A stretch of 64,000 nucleotides of DNA from Christensenellales bacterium. Its GTDB lineage: Bacteria > Bacillota > Clostridia > Christensenellales > Aristaeellaceae. Shown here piece by piece: positions 52,340-61,871 of the stretch; positions within the stretch are counted from its first letter, which is position 1; the number at the start of each line of letters is the position of its first letter. The notes under the pieces were generated by a model. That model was given only the letters and a program-made list of their open reading frames with translations, ran no database searches and had not been told where the DNA came from. The position numbers and the translations under genes are program-made. The DNA lies in NCBI GenBank assembly GCA_045113695.1, contig JBGUJG010000142.1, positions 419 through 64,418 on the forward strand, written 5' to 3'.

Positions 52340-52904
52340 GTTTCCGGTTAAATTGGTTCATGGCCTTGCCGATCCCTTCCGTGACCCAGCAGGCGGCCGC
52401 TTCGGCGGCAGTTTTGTAGGCGTTGAAGGCGGTTTCCCGGTCCTGAACGGTATTGAAATGTCCAAGCACATAGTCCGCCAGGTCCCAGCCGGCCGGCGGG
52501 GCGCCCATGCCGACACGGATGCGCGGAAATTCCGCGCTGCCGGTGCACTGCAGGATGCTGCGCATCCCGTTGTGGGTGCCCGGGCCGCCGCCCGCGCGCA
52601 CGCGGACCTGGCCGAACGGCAGGTCGATATCGTCCACGATGATCAGCATCTCATGGGGCGTGAGCTTGAACCAGTTCAGCGCTTCGGCCACGCTCAGGCC
52701 GCTCTCGTTCATAAAAGTCTGCGGCTTGATCAGGACCACTTTCTGTCCGCTGACGGCGCCCTCGCCGATGAGGGCTTTGCACTTGAGTTTTCTGAGCGGG
52801 ATATCCCACTGGGCGCTCAGCATGGTCACGACATCAAACCCGGCGTTATGCCGGGTGTGGTCATATTTATCGCCCGGATTGCCCAGGCCTACGATTGCAA
52901 GCAT
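52329..52904 (-). CDS. pth: peptidyl-tRNA hydrolase
   Basis: Start at MLAIVGLGNPGDKYDHTRHNAGF (ATG 52904). 11-nt overlap with the mfd start. Confidence 0.93.
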   Translation of the reverse strand: MLAIVGLGNPGDKYDHTRHNAGFDVVTMLSAQWDIPLRKLKCKALIGEGAVSGQKVVLIKPQTFMNESGLSVAEALNWFKLTPHEMLIIVDDIDLPFGQVRVRAGGGPGTHNGMRSILQCTGSAEFPRIRVGMGAPPAGWDLADYVLGHFNTVQDRETAFNAYKTAAEAAACWVTEGIGKAMNQFNRKHAE

Positions 52905-53096
52905 GTTTCCTCCGTGTTCCGCGCTCCCCGTTTTCAGGCAGCGCAGGAACAAGTATACAGCAAGCCGGCGGGTTTAGCAAGCGTGCAGACGGGGCAAGGT
53001 TTTTCTGATGTGGCACAGCATCATTTCTTGGCCGGATTGGACAATAGCTGTGAGAGAAATCTGATGGAGTCAGAGCGGAGCGAATCTCGCTGACGT

Positions 53097-53336
53097 CCGG
53101 CGATTTATTCGCCGGATTGGCGTAGCCAACCCGCAGGGCGGCAGGGATTCGAACCGGTCTGGCTTTGATGAGGGGAGAGTGAGGAGGAACTCCCTCACAT
53201 ATAATCGTCCATACCGGCTTTGCCGGTATGAGCGGGGTTTTCCGGATGGAAAACGTTCCTTGCGGATTTTCCTCCCGGGAGCGGAGCGGCAGGAAAATCC
53301 GCACAGGGGAAAGCGTGGGAAGGGGACGAAGTCCCC
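53097..53336. repeat. serial hairpin island B (7 consecutive perfect stems)
   Basis: Stems are 53097-115 (7 bp), 53117-29 (5 bp), 53179-98 (6 bp, GAGTGAGG type), 53211-29 (7 bp), 53238-53 (6 bp), 53262-302 (12 bp, loop contains gagcggagcgg) and 53322-36 (6 bp). Confidence 0.8.
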
Positions 53337-53343
53337 GTCCCAA

Positions 53344-54156
53344 CTATTTGATCCATGCGCCGGGCCGTACGACCACCGGCTCCCCGGGGACGATCGGGTC
53401 CAGGATCATGACGGCCTTTTCGTCTTCCCCGTCCGGCTGGGCGCCGCGCATGGCCAGCACGAAGCAGGCCCCCTTGACGTTGATGCCGAACTCGGCCATC
53501 AGGGAATACATGCCGCGGGCCGTGCCGCCGCCGCGGGTGAAATCATCGACGATCACGCAGTTCTGTCCTTCGCGGACCGCCCGGCGGGACAGGGACATCA
53601 TTTCGATCGACCCGTTGCCGGACACGTAGCTGATGTTGACCGCCCCGCCCTCATAGACCTTGATGGACCGCCTGGCGATGACCAGCGGCAGGTGCAGGGC
53701 GCTGGCGGCCTCCAGGGCGACGGGGATGCCCTTGGTTTCCATCGTCAGCACAAAATCGGCCCCGGCATCGTAATACTGGGCGGCCATCAGCTCCCCGATG
53801 CGGCGGACGGTTTCGGGCTCCGCCAGGATATCGGACAGATAGAGGTATCCGCCGGGCAGCATCCGGTCCGGTTCGGCCAGACGCTGGCACAGCTGCTGGA
53901 TGAAGGGGCGGGCCGGCTGCACATTGCCGGCCGGGCGGTAGCGGACGCCGCCGGCCGCGCCGGTGACCGTTTCGACCGTACCCAGGCGGAAGGTGCGCCA
54001 GGTGCGCGCCAGGATGGCCGTGTCCTCGCTGACGGTGGACTTGGCCGCGCCGAACATTTCGCAGAAATAGGAGAGCGTGAAGATCCGGTTGGGCGACGAT
54101 GTCAGGATTTTCCCCATCACCGCCAGGCGCTCCGCCCGTTTGACCTTGTCCGCCAT
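53344..54156 (-). CDS. purR: pur operon repressor PurR
   Basis: 270 aa. N-terminal winged helix (RAERLAVMGKILTSSPNRIFTLSYFCEMFGAAKSTVSEDT) plus a PRT-like domain (VIVDDFTRGGGTARG). Confidence 0.9.
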   Translation of the reverse strand: MADKVKRAERLAVMGKILTSSPNRIFTLSYFCEMFGAAKSTVSEDTAILARTWRTFRLGTVETVTGAAGGVRYRPAGNVQPARPFIQQLCQRLAEPDRMLPGGYLYLSDILAEPETVRRIGELMAAQYYDAGADFVLTMETKGIPVALEAASALHLPLVIARRSIKVYEGGAVNISYVSGNGSIEMMSLSRRAVREGQNCVIVDDFTRGGGTARGMYSLMAEFGINVKGACFVLAMRGAQPDGEDEKAVMILDPIVPGEPVVVRPGAWIK

Positions 54157-54185
54157 ACTGACCTCCCAAAAAAAGAATTCAGCGC

Positions 54186-54211
54186 ATTATAACCTATTTT
54201 TTCGAACATTT
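54186..54211 (-). promoter_or_regulatory. purR promoter -10 (TATAAT) with adjacent PurBox-like site
   Basis: The minus strand reads ggAAATGTTCGAAAAAATaggtTATAAT. About 12/14 match to the reverse PurBox consensus as I recall it. Confidence 0.4.
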
Positions 54212-54271
54212 CCATAGTTTTTTTAAAAAATATTCGTATTTTTACAGTCTTTGCGGAAAAAAACCGGGGCC

Positions 54272-54300
54272 TTGATTTTTCCTTTGTTTCCTTTTATAAT
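54272..54300 (+). promoter_or_regulatory. sigma-A promoter of metG (TTGATT-17-TATAAT)
   Basis: ttgatttttcctttgtttccttttataat. The leader is about 70 nt, too short for a T-box. Confidence 0.55.
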
Positions 54301-54375
54301 AAAGCTTGCCGTATCAGGACAGGGCGGACGGGGTTCCCGCCGCCAGACGCAGTCCAGGAAAGGAATCGATGCTCA

Positions 54376-56412
54376 ATGCCGGAAAAGAAAACCTACTATA
54401 TCACCACCCCGATTTATTATCCCAGCGGGAACATGACCATCGGCCATACCTACACCACCGTGGCGGCCGATACCATGACGCGCTTCAAGAAAATGCAGGG
54501 ATATGATACGTATTTCCTGACCGGCACCGATGAGCACGGCCAGAAAATCGAGAAAAAGGCCGCGGAAGCCGGCGTGACCCCCATTCAGTATGTGGATAAG
54601 ATCGTGGCGGAAACCAAGGAACTGTGGAAGCTGATGAACATCGATTATGACGATTTCATCCGCACCACGGAAGACCGCCACATGAAGATCGTGCAGAAGA
54701 TCTTCCGCCGTTTCTACGAGCAGGGCGATATCTACAAGGCCGAATACGAAGGCATGTACTGCACCCCCTGCGAGAGCTTCTGGACGCCCACCCAGCTGGT
54801 GGACAAGGACGGGGAGAAGGTCTGCCCGGACTGCGGCCGTCCCTGCCAGCCGATGAAGGAAGAAAGCTATTTCTTCCGCATGAGCAAATACCAGGACTGG
54901 ATGATTCAGTATATCGAGGAGCATCCGGATTTTATCCAGCCGCCGAAGCGGGCCAACGAAATGATCAACAATTTCCTGAAGCCCGGCCTTCAGGACCTGT
55001 GCGTCAGCCGCACCAGCGTCAAATGGGGCGTTCCGGTGGACTTTGATCCGAAGCATACCGTCTATGTGTGGATCGACGCCCTCTCCAACTACATCACCGC
55101 CCTGGGCTACGGCACGGATCATGACGAGCTGTTCCGGAAATACTGGCCGGCGGATGTCCACCTGGTCGGCAAGGAAATCGTGCGCTTCCATACCATCTAC
55201 TGGCCCATCATGCTCCATGCCCTGGGCCTGCCCCTGCCCAGGCAGGTGTTCGGCCACGGCTGGCTGCTCTTCGGGGCGGACCGTATGAGCAAGTCGAAGG
55301 GCAACGTGGTCTATCCCGAGCCCATCGTCGCCCGCTACGGGGTGGACGCCCTGCGCTATTACCTGATGAGGGAGATGCCCTTCGGCGCCGACGGCAACTA
55401 TACCAACGAAAGCTTCCTGACCCGCATGAACGCGGACCTGGCCAACGACCTGGGCAACCTGGTTTCCCGCACCGTGGCCATGATCGAAAAATATTTTGAC
55501 GGCGTGATTCCTGAGGGTTTTGAAGGCATCGACGAAAAGGAACCCACGGGCGTTTCCCTGCGTCAGCACTGCGTCCGGCTGCCTGCCCTGGTGGACGAGC
55601 AGATGGATAAACTTCAGTTCAGCCAGGCCCTGACGGAGATCTGGAAGGTCGTCGGCGAGTGCAACAAATACATCGATCTGACCCAGCCCTGGGTGCTGGG
55701 CCGCGACCCGGAGAAAAAGGAAGAGCTGGCGGCTGTGCTGCTGACGCTGGCCGAGTGCGTCCGCTTTGTGGCCGTGCTGATCCAGCCCTTCATGCCCAAT
55801 ACCCCTGCCCGGATCTTTGAGCAGCTGGGCGTTGCGGACGAAGGTCTCAGGACCTGGGCGTCCCTGTCCTCCTTCGGCCGGCTGCCGGCGGGCACGAAGG
55901 TACAGAAGGGAGAAGCCCTCTTCCCCCGCATCGACGTAAAGAAAGAGCTGGAAGCCCTGAGCGGCCAGGCCGGAGCAAAAGCGGCTCAGCCCAAAGCGGC
56001 GGAAAAGGCGGAAAAAAAGGCTGAAAAAGCCGAAAAGCCCAGGGCGGAGAAAAAGCCCGCCGAAATCCCGGAAGGCTGCGTGACGATCGACGCGTTTGAA
56101 AAGCTCTCCTTCCGCACGGCGAAAGTCCTCGCCTGTACGAAGGTCGAAAAGAGCGAGAAGCTCCTCTCCTTCACCCTGGACCTGGGGAACGAGCAGCGCA
56201 CCGTCCTGTCCGGCATCGCCAAGGCCTACCCGGATCCCGCCGTCCTGGTCGGGAAGACCCTGGTGCTGTTTGCGAACCTCGCGCCCCGGAAGATCATGGG
56301 CACCCTGTCCCAGGGCATGCTTCTTTCCGCCCTGGACGAACAGACCGGCGCGCTCCGCCTTCTGACCGTGGACGACGCCGGCAGCATCGCGCCCGGGAGC
56401 GAGATCGGCTGA
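54376..56412 (+). CDS. metG: methionine--tRNA ligase with C-terminal tRNA-binding (EMAP/Trbp111) domain
   Basis: HIGH-type motif (PSGNMTIGH), CxxC zinc knuckles (CTPCES, CPDCG), KMSKS (RMSKSKGN), a K/A/E-rich linker and an OB-fold tail. Confidence 0.95.
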   Translation: MPEKKTYYITTPIYYPSGNMTIGHTYTTVAADTMTRFKKMQGYDTYFLTGTDEHGQKIEKKAAEAGVTPIQYVDKIVAETKELWKLMNIDYDDFIRTTEDRHMKIVQKIFRRFYEQGDIYKAEYEGMYCTPCESFWTPTQLVDKDGEKVCPDCGRPCQPMKEESYFFRMSKYQDWMIQYIEEHPDFIQPPKRANEMINNFLKPGLQDLCVSRTSVKWGVPVDFDPKHTVYVWIDALSNYITALGYGTDHDELFRKYWPADVHLVGKEIVRFHTIYWPIMLHALGLPLPRQVFGHGWLLFGADRMSKSKGNVVYPEPIVARYGVDALRYYLMREMPFGADGNYTNESFLTRMNADLANDLGNLVSRTVAMIEKYFDGVIPEGFEGIDEKEPTGVSLRQHCVRLPALVDEQMDKLQFSQALTEIWKVVGECNKYIDLTQPWVLGRDPEKKEELAAVLLTLAECVRFVAVLIQPFMPNTPARIFEQLGVADEGLRTWASLSSFGRLPAGTKVQKGEALFPRIDVKKELEALSGQAGAKAAQPKAAEKAEKKAEKAEKPRAEKKPAEIPEGCVTIDAFEKLSFRTAKVLACTKVEKSEKLLSFTLDLGNEQRTVLSGIAKAYPDPAVLVGKTLVLFANLAPRKIMGTLSQGMLLSALDEQTGALRLLTVDDAGSIAPGSEIG

Positions 56413-56414
56413 CA

Positions 56415-57335
56415 ATGAAAAAACGATTGCTTCTCTTCCTGCTCTGCACCGTTTCCCTGTTTCTCCTGTGCGCCTGCGGAAACGGGGGAGACCGGAAGCC
56501 TCAGGAAACGCTGGAGCCTGCCTGGACGGTGAACCCGTCCCTGAAAGGCGGGGCTTCGAAAACGGTGGAGAAGGTGCTGTCTTCTTCGGCCGGCGCGGAT
56601 GCCCTGAGCCTGAAGGTGAAAAATGCCCTGGGACAGGTGACTTCCCTGAATGTGCCCGGGCAGATTACCCGCTCCGTCGCCCAGGCCGCCTCCGAAGAAA
56701 GCGGGCTCAAGGCCGAAAATGGGTGGTATACCTTCTCCCGCTCAACGGGCGGCAGGTATTCGTTTGACAAGCCGTATGCCGCCGTGATGGCGGAAGGCAG
56801 GATGGACAGTTATGTGATCTCCGACGAAGGAGAGCTGCGGGAAACGCAGGAGACGGTCTTTTACGACCCGCTTTCCTATGTGATGAGCGGCGAGGGCGGG
56901 GGAGACTTTGCCTACGCCTCCTATTATATGATCCGGGAGGACGGGCTCTGCGCCGAAACGGAAACCGTCTCCCGGCTGAACAACGACGTTTCCGGCTGGT
57001 CCCACGACGTCTATCTGATGGAAAACGGAAGGCTCTGGTTCGCCGATGCCCAGCTGATCCCCAAAGTGAACCAGGGAGATGAAAATGTGACGTCCTCCTG
57101 GTCCTGGCGGATCTGCGTCGGCTCTGTATCCGCCGGGGAGGCGTCCGTCCGGGAATTTGATCTGGAAACGGCGGAGCTTTCCCTGCCCGATGCGTTCCCG
57201 GACCTGCGCGGCGCCGGCGCTTCGGCCGTCTCGGCCCTGCTCAGCCGGCCCGGCCCGGTGACCGACCTGATCGTCCGGGACGGCAGGGTCACGCTGACCG
57301 ACGAAAACGGCACCCGCTCTGCGTCCCTCCGCTGA
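56415..57335 (+). CDS. hypothetical lipoprotein
   Basis: Lipobox LFLLCAC-G. 306 aa. Starts 2 nt after metG. I recognise no family. Confidence 0.65.
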   Translation: MKKRLLLFLLCTVSLFLLCACGNGGDRKPQETLEPAWTVNPSLKGGASKTVEKVLSSSAGADALSLKVKNALGQVTSLNVPGQITRSVAQAASEESGLKAENGWYTFSRSTGGRYSFDKPYAAVMAEGRMDSYVISDEGELRETQETVFYDPLSYVMSGEGGGDFAYASYYMIREDGLCAETETVSRLNNDVSGWSHDVYLMENGRLWFADAQLIPKVNQGDENVTSSWSWRICVGSVSAGEASVREFDLETAELSLPDAFPDLRGAGASAVSALLSRPGPVTDLIVRDGRVTLTDENGTRSASLR

Positions 57336-57452
57336 CCCCCTGCAGATCTTTCCCAAAGAGTTCCGCCAGACGGACGGATTTGAGCGTTCAGCGAAGAACA
57401 TGGACCAGAGCACGGCGCTGCTGCCGGATCAGGCGGCAGAATCCAGATAAAA

Positions 57453-57495
57453 AGACCCGCATGTTTTACAGCTCCGGCTGCAGGCATGCGGGTCT
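57453..57495. terminator. convergent-gene terminator hairpin (11-bp stem)
   Basis: agacccgcatg-21 nt-catgcgggtct, flanked by an A-run and T-rich sequence. Confidence 0.55.
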
Positions 57496-57642
57496 GTTCA
57501 TCTTTATGCTCTGGAAATACAGAACAGCGGCGCCGGCTGATGAAGGTGCCTGACGCCGCTGAACAAATGATGATGGGAAAAGTATTTCCGCTGCGGATGC
57601 CGGTTGAACCCATTGCCCGGGTCATCCGGCCGCTTGCCCGCG

Positions 57643-58524
57643 TCAGATCTCCACGATCTCGTATTCCCGGCTGCCCAGCCCGTGTTTTGCGGCGGTCTCC
57701 ACGGTGTGGATGCCGTGGCGGGAGTTCATCCGTTCGATCAGGGCCTTCTTGCCGCAGTCGTGCGCGTTGATGACGGCGTCATAGCAGGCCTGGTCCAGGG
57801 CAACCGGGTCTGTGGAGGCGAAAATGCCCAGATCGCCCATTTCCGGCTCATGGGGATTGCCGTCGCAGTCGCAGTCCACGGACAGGCGGTTGGCTACGCT
57901 GATGTACAGCATGTTTTTCGTGCCCATATAGCGGATCACGGCCTGGCAGGCGTCCGCCATCGACTCCAGGAAATCGTCCTGCGGGGCGGGGGGAGCCCAG
58001 CACGCAGACGGGTCGGTCGTCCGGCCGGCGCTGTGGATGTAGGCTTTGCCGTGGGTGGAGCCGATGCCGATGGAGATGTTCTTGAGCGCGCCGCCGAAGC
58101 CGCCCATGACATGGCCCTTGAAGTGGGACAGGATCAGCACGCTGTCATAGTTGTTCAGATGTTCGCCGACGATGTCCTTGTCCAGATGACAGCCGCTGAC
58201 CACCGGGATTTCGATCTCGCCGAACTCGTCCATGATGTCCACCGGGGCGATCTTTTTGAAGCCGCGTTCCTCAATGGCCTCCCAGTGCTTCCGGACATCC
58301 TGCCGGGAACCGCCGTAGGCGGTGCAGCATTCGATGATCGTGCCGTTCAGCATCTGTACCAGCGGGCCGATCAGTTCAGGACGCAGATAATTGCTTTTCG
58401 CGCTTTCTCCTGTGGAAATCTTGACGCCGATTTTCCCGTGCAGGGGCCTGTTCAGCGCCTTATACATGCCGATCAGTTTTTCCGGGGTGATCTCCCTGGT
58501 GAAAAATACCTTGCTCGCAGCCAT
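57643..58524 (-). CDS. DUF362 domain-containing protein
   Basis: Start at MAASKVFFTREITPEK (ATG 58524, after AAAGGAGAGGA). KISTGE, SHFKGH and CDCDG motifs typical of DUF362. Confidence 0.75.
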   Translation of the reverse strand: MAASKVFFTREITPEKLIGMYKALNRPLHGKIGVKISTGESAKSNYLRPELIGPLVQMLNGTIIECCTAYGGSRQDVRKHWEAIEERGFKKIAPVDIMDEFGEIEIPVVSGCHLDKDIVGEHLNNYDSVLILSHFKGHVMGGFGGALKNISIGIGSTHGKAYIHSAGRTTDPSACWAPPAPQDDFLESMADACQAVIRYMGTKNMLYISVANRLSVDCDCDGNPHEPEMGDLGIFASTDPVALDQACYDAVINAHDCGKKALIERMNSRHGIHTVETAAKHGLGSREYEIVEI

Positions 58525-58574
58525 ATGAAATCCTCTCCTTTCACAGGTATCATAAGATGAACCGCCGCAGCCTG

Positions 58575-59087
58575 TCAAGCGGATTTTGTGTTCTCTTTCG
58601 GTCTCTTCCGCAGTTTTTCCGTGATGACGGCCGCGGCCGCCGCGGCCAGGAAGACGCCGAACAGGGCGCCGGCGCTGTCGATGCAGATGTCCCGCAGCTG
58701 GCCGCTCCGGCCGGACACAAAGGTCTGATGCCACTCGTCCAGCGCGGCGTACAGGGTCGCCGCCAGCCAGGCAGCCGCGCCGGGCCGCCTGAGCGGGAAG
58801 GTCCACAGAAACTGACGGAGCGCGGCGCCGAGCAGGGCGTATTCCGAAAAGTGCGCCGTCTTGCGTACCAGCAGGTGCAGCAGGGCGAAGGCGCCTGCCC
58901 GCTGGCCCTGGCTCAGGGCGTCATACTCCGGGTAAATCAGCCTCATCAGCCATTCCGTCAGTTTGGCGGAAAGGGAGGAGGATTCTTCCCCGTTTCCGGC
59001 CGAGAAGCCGAAGATCATGAGCATCAGCGCCAGGATGATCACGCCGTTCAGGATCCGGCCTTTTGTCCACTGGTGATCTTTATTCAT
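58575..59087 (-). CDS. VanZ family membrane protein
   Basis: RKTAHFSEYALLGAAL motif and 4 TM. Start taken at MNKDHQW (ATG 59087). Confidence 0.75.
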   Translation of the reverse strand: MNKDHQWTKGRILNGVIILALMLMIFGFSAGNGEESSSLSAKLTEWLMRLIYPEYDALSQGQRAGAFALLHLLVRKTAHFSEYALLGAALRQFLWTFPLRRPGAAAWLAATLYAALDEWHQTFVSGRSGQLRDICIDSAGALFGVFLAAAAAAVITEKLRKRPKENTKSA

Positions 59088-61746
59088 GCCAGGCATCCTC
59101 CTGTGCGGCGGCAAGAGCCGTTTTTGCCAGGGAAGCGGCCAGCCATCCGGCGGCAGGCTCTCTGGCGATTTCCCAGAGCCGGATCGTGCAGAAGACGGCT
59201 TTTCCTTCCTGCCAGATCAGGCCCAGGCGCTGCATCCGCGCCCAATGGTCGATCATCTCGGCCGCAGGTTCCGTGCCCGTACCGACCGGCTCGCAGTGGG
59301 CGTGCCGCAGGAGCGGATACCACGGCGGGGTCGTATATCCGTCCGCCGGGAAACCGGCAAGCAGCGGACTGTCCGGACGGATCAGCAGACCCATGGTCCC
59401 CGTGGCGACGGGCTTTCCCATGCTCTCGGAAATGCTTCTGAACATCGGGTAGCACCAGAAATCCCCGCAGTATTCGGCGGGAAGCTTTCCTTCGGCGTCC
59501 GGGACGCAGACGGCCGGACCGTCCGACGCGGTTTCCCCCCGGACAAACGGCACGAAGCCTGCCGGAATACGGATCCCTTTTTCGGTTATTTCGGCCGGCG
59601 CCGGGGGAAACACCCACAGCGGATAGGCGTTTTCCGCCCCGTCCGGAAGACGGAAGCACGCAGTCAGTTTCTGAGGCAATGCGGCGTCCGGGGCGGTGAA
59701 GGAAGCGGGCGCCGTTTCCCGGATCCTGCCGTCCCCCCTGCCGGCCGCCAGTGAAAAGCTTTCAAGTACCCTCCCGTCCCGGATCAGCTCGCACAGCACC
59801 GGGCCGGGGACTTTTTCTGCCCGGGTGTCCGAGATGACGGCGCGGAAGGGGATCTGCTCTCCGGCGGAAAAAACAAACCGGGGGAAGCGCGCGAGCACGG
59901 TTTCAGGCCCGCAGAAGCGCCGCCAGTCTTCCGGGCGGATCAGCCCCTTGTCCCGCATCAGCCCGTCCAGCATGCCCACCAGGGCGGTGCCCTGGCCCAT
60001 ATAGTCGATCAGGTCCAGCAGCTGAAAGCCGCTCAGCTCCCGGCTGCGCAGGGCCGCTTCGATTTCCATGCGGTAACAGTCCGCCGCCAGCAGGCCGGAG
60101 GCCCGGCGGTACTGTCCGGCCAGGGAGAGGAGCCCTTTTTCCTTCATCCGGTCCCGGATGATCTCCAGGTTCCGGGGCGCCAGAACGCCCGTATAAGCCG
60201 GAATTTCCGAAAAATCCGGGTAGACCTCGTACTGGCCGACCTCGTGGGTAATGACCGGAATATCCGGCACATAGCCCGCTTTGGCGGCGCCTTCCACCTG
60301 CGCGACTTCCGTGCCCCGCTGCACCTGCACAGGCCCGCTGCCGCCGGATGTGTTTTCCTGAACACGCAGCACGGCGCCGTCATAGTCCCAGTCACTGCCG
60401 GGCATGTCTGTCTGGATCCTGCCCAGGGGGGCGTCGCACGTTGCGTAGGAGCCTCGCAGCAGCCTGTCCCTGCCCAGCCGGACGCCGACGAAGAGATCTT
60501 CCTCCGCCTGCCTCTCCACGGCGAACTGGAAATTGTTCGCCCCGGCGGAATACAGCCTGCCGGGATCCTCCGCCCGGAACACGCGGATCATTTCGTCCAG
60601 CCGTTCCCGGCTGCCCCACAGCTCGTTGCCCAGGCTCAGCCAGACGAAGGAGGGATGGGCGCCGAAGGCCTCCAGAATGCGCAGCCCCTCCGCCTGCAGC
60701 CAGGAAAATTCCTTCCCGCCGTCTTTTTCCTCCCCCCGGGCCGGCACTGTGCCCCAGAAGGGGAGCTCCGGACACAGGTACATGCCCAGCTCGTCCGCCG
60801 CTTCAAAAGCAGCTTCCGGGGGGCAGCAGGTATGGCAGCGGATGTGATTGAGGCCGTATTCCCTGGCTTTTTCGAGGGATTTCCGCCAGGATGCCCTGTC
60901 CCACGGGGCGCAGCCGGTCAGCGGGTACTGGAGGCCCTCATGCCTGCCCCGCAGGAATACCGCCCGTCCGTTGACCAGCAGCTTCCGCCTGTCCGCGGCC
61001 AGGGTGCGGATGCCGGTCCGGAAGGTCAGCTCATCCTCCCCGCAGCTGATCCGGACATTCATCAGACGGGGATGTTCCTCATCCCACAGGGGAATGCCGT
61101 CCGGCAGCGGGAGGCGGAAAGCGACCCGGTTCCCTTCCGGATGACCTTCTGCCGGGGGAATCCAGTCCGGCAGTTCAGCGAAGAAGGGCCTGTCCGTCTT
61201 TCCGTACACCCGGCAGGAGACCGTCAGCATCCCGTCCCTGACAAGGGTCCGGGGCATCAGCAGTACCGTCCGCCCGGCAGTCAGGCTGATTTCCCCGGTG
61301 ATCCCGTTCCAGTTGGTCTGGGTGTCCGGGGAGGTCATGTGGCCGCCCGCCGTCGGATAGCCCGTGTTGTCCACGGAAACGGCGAGGGTATGCAGCCCGT
61401 CCGAAAGAGCGGGCAGGATGAAATGATGCGGCGTGCAGAGGCTGTCTCCGGAGCCGACCGGTCTGCCGTCCAGAAAGACGCGCGTCAGCCGTGTCCTTTC
61501 CAGGGTCAGCACGGCGGTTTTGCCCGCCAGGCCGGAGACGCTGAATGTCCTTTCCGTCCAGAGCCGTCCGGCAAAGGGGCAGCGTTCGGTCAGGGTTCCT
61601 TCGCAGCGCTCCGGGTTTTCTTCTCCCAGGCGGTTCATGGCCGTTGTCCCGGGCAGAATCATCCGTTCCGTATAATGTTCGGGCGGCAGTTCTCCCGGGG
61701 CTGTGATACTGGCCCGCCACTGTCCTGCCAGACTGATTTTCTCCAT
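59080..61746 (-). CDS. clan GH-A glycosidase, GH2-like (sugar-binding + Ig + TIM barrel)
   Basis: Start at MEKISLAGQWR (ATG 61746, after GAAAGGAAG). N-terminal jelly roll, RGRHEG...HIRCHTCCPPE and LGNELWG (acid/base NE). No signal peptide. Confidence 0.7.
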   Translation of the reverse strand: MEKISLAGQWRASITAPGELPPEHYTERMILPGTTAMNRLGEENPERCEGTLTERCPFAGRLWTERTFSVSGLAGKTAVLTLERTRLTRVFLDGRPVGSGDSLCTPHHFILPALSDGLHTLAVSVDNTGYPTAGGHMTSPDTQTNWNGITGEISLTAGRTVLLMPRTLVRDGMLTVSCRVYGKTDRPFFAELPDWIPPAEGHPEGNRVAFRLPLPDGIPLWDEEHPRLMNVRISCGEDELTFRTGIRTLAADRRKLLVNGRAVFLRGRHEGLQYPLTGCAPWDRASWRKSLEKAREYGLNHIRCHTCCPPEAAFEAADELGMYLCPELPFWGTVPARGEEKDGGKEFSWLQAEGLRILEAFGAHPSFVWLSLGNELWGSRERLDEMIRVFRAEDPGRLYSAGANNFQFAVERQAEEDLFVGVRLGRDRLLRGSYATCDAPLGRIQTDMPGSDWDYDGAVLRVQENTSGGSGPVQVQRGTEVAQVEGAAKAGYVPDIPVITHEVGQYEVYPDFSEIPAYTGVLAPRNLEIIRDRMKEKGLLSLAGQYRRASGLLAADCYRMEIEAALRSRELSGFQLLDLIDYMGQGTALVGMLDGLMRDKGLIRPEDWRRFCGPETVLARFPRFVFSAGEQIPFRAVISDTRAEKVPGPVLCELIRDGRVLESFSLAAGRGDGRIRETAPASFTAPDAALPQKLTACFRLPDGAENAYPLWVFPPAPAEITEKGIRIPAGFVPFVRGETASDGPAVCVPDAEGKLPAEYCGDFWCYPMFRSISESMGKPVATGTMGLLIRPDSPLLAGFPADGYTTPPWYPLLRHAHCEPVGTGTEPAAEMIDHWARMQRLGLIWQEGKAVFCTIRLWEIAREPAAGWLAASLAKTALAAAQEDAWHE

Positions 61747-61842
61747 ACGGCGCTTCCTTTCGTGTTTTACCGATTGTACCAATGATCTGCCCGGACTGCA
61801 AGACGTAAAAGACGTTTTATGCAGACAATACGCATTTTCGGC

Positions 61843-61871
61843 TTGCTTTTGCCCATTTCCTGTCATATACT
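61843..61871 (+). promoter_or_regulatory. sigma-A-like promoter of mscS (TTGCTT-17-TATACT)
   Basis: ttgcttttgcccatttcctgtcatatact. The leader of about 90 nt contains a long imperfect hairpin. Confidence 0.45.

Noticed and set aside
53061-53095. Hammerhead-ribozyme-like words: CUGAUGGAGUC ... CGAAUC.
   Set aside because: The core is CUGAUGG, not CUGAUGA. No stem II/III geometry fits. The sequence is better explained as a simple hairpin (GUCAG..CG/CGCUGAC).
53135-53165. tRNA T-arm-like fragment, read on the minus strand as GACCGGTTCGAATCCCTGCC. It could be a tRNA pseudogene or an att-site remnant.
   Set aside because: The T-stem does not pair (ACCGG vs CCCTG). No acceptor, D or anticodon arms can be built around it, and there is no integrase nearby. 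It is kept only as a remark within the hairpin-island finding.
54301-54375. Looked for a T-box leader upstream of metG.
   Set aside because: The leader is only about 70 nt. It has no AGAGA/GNUGGNA-type T-box sequence and no terminator/antiterminator pair.
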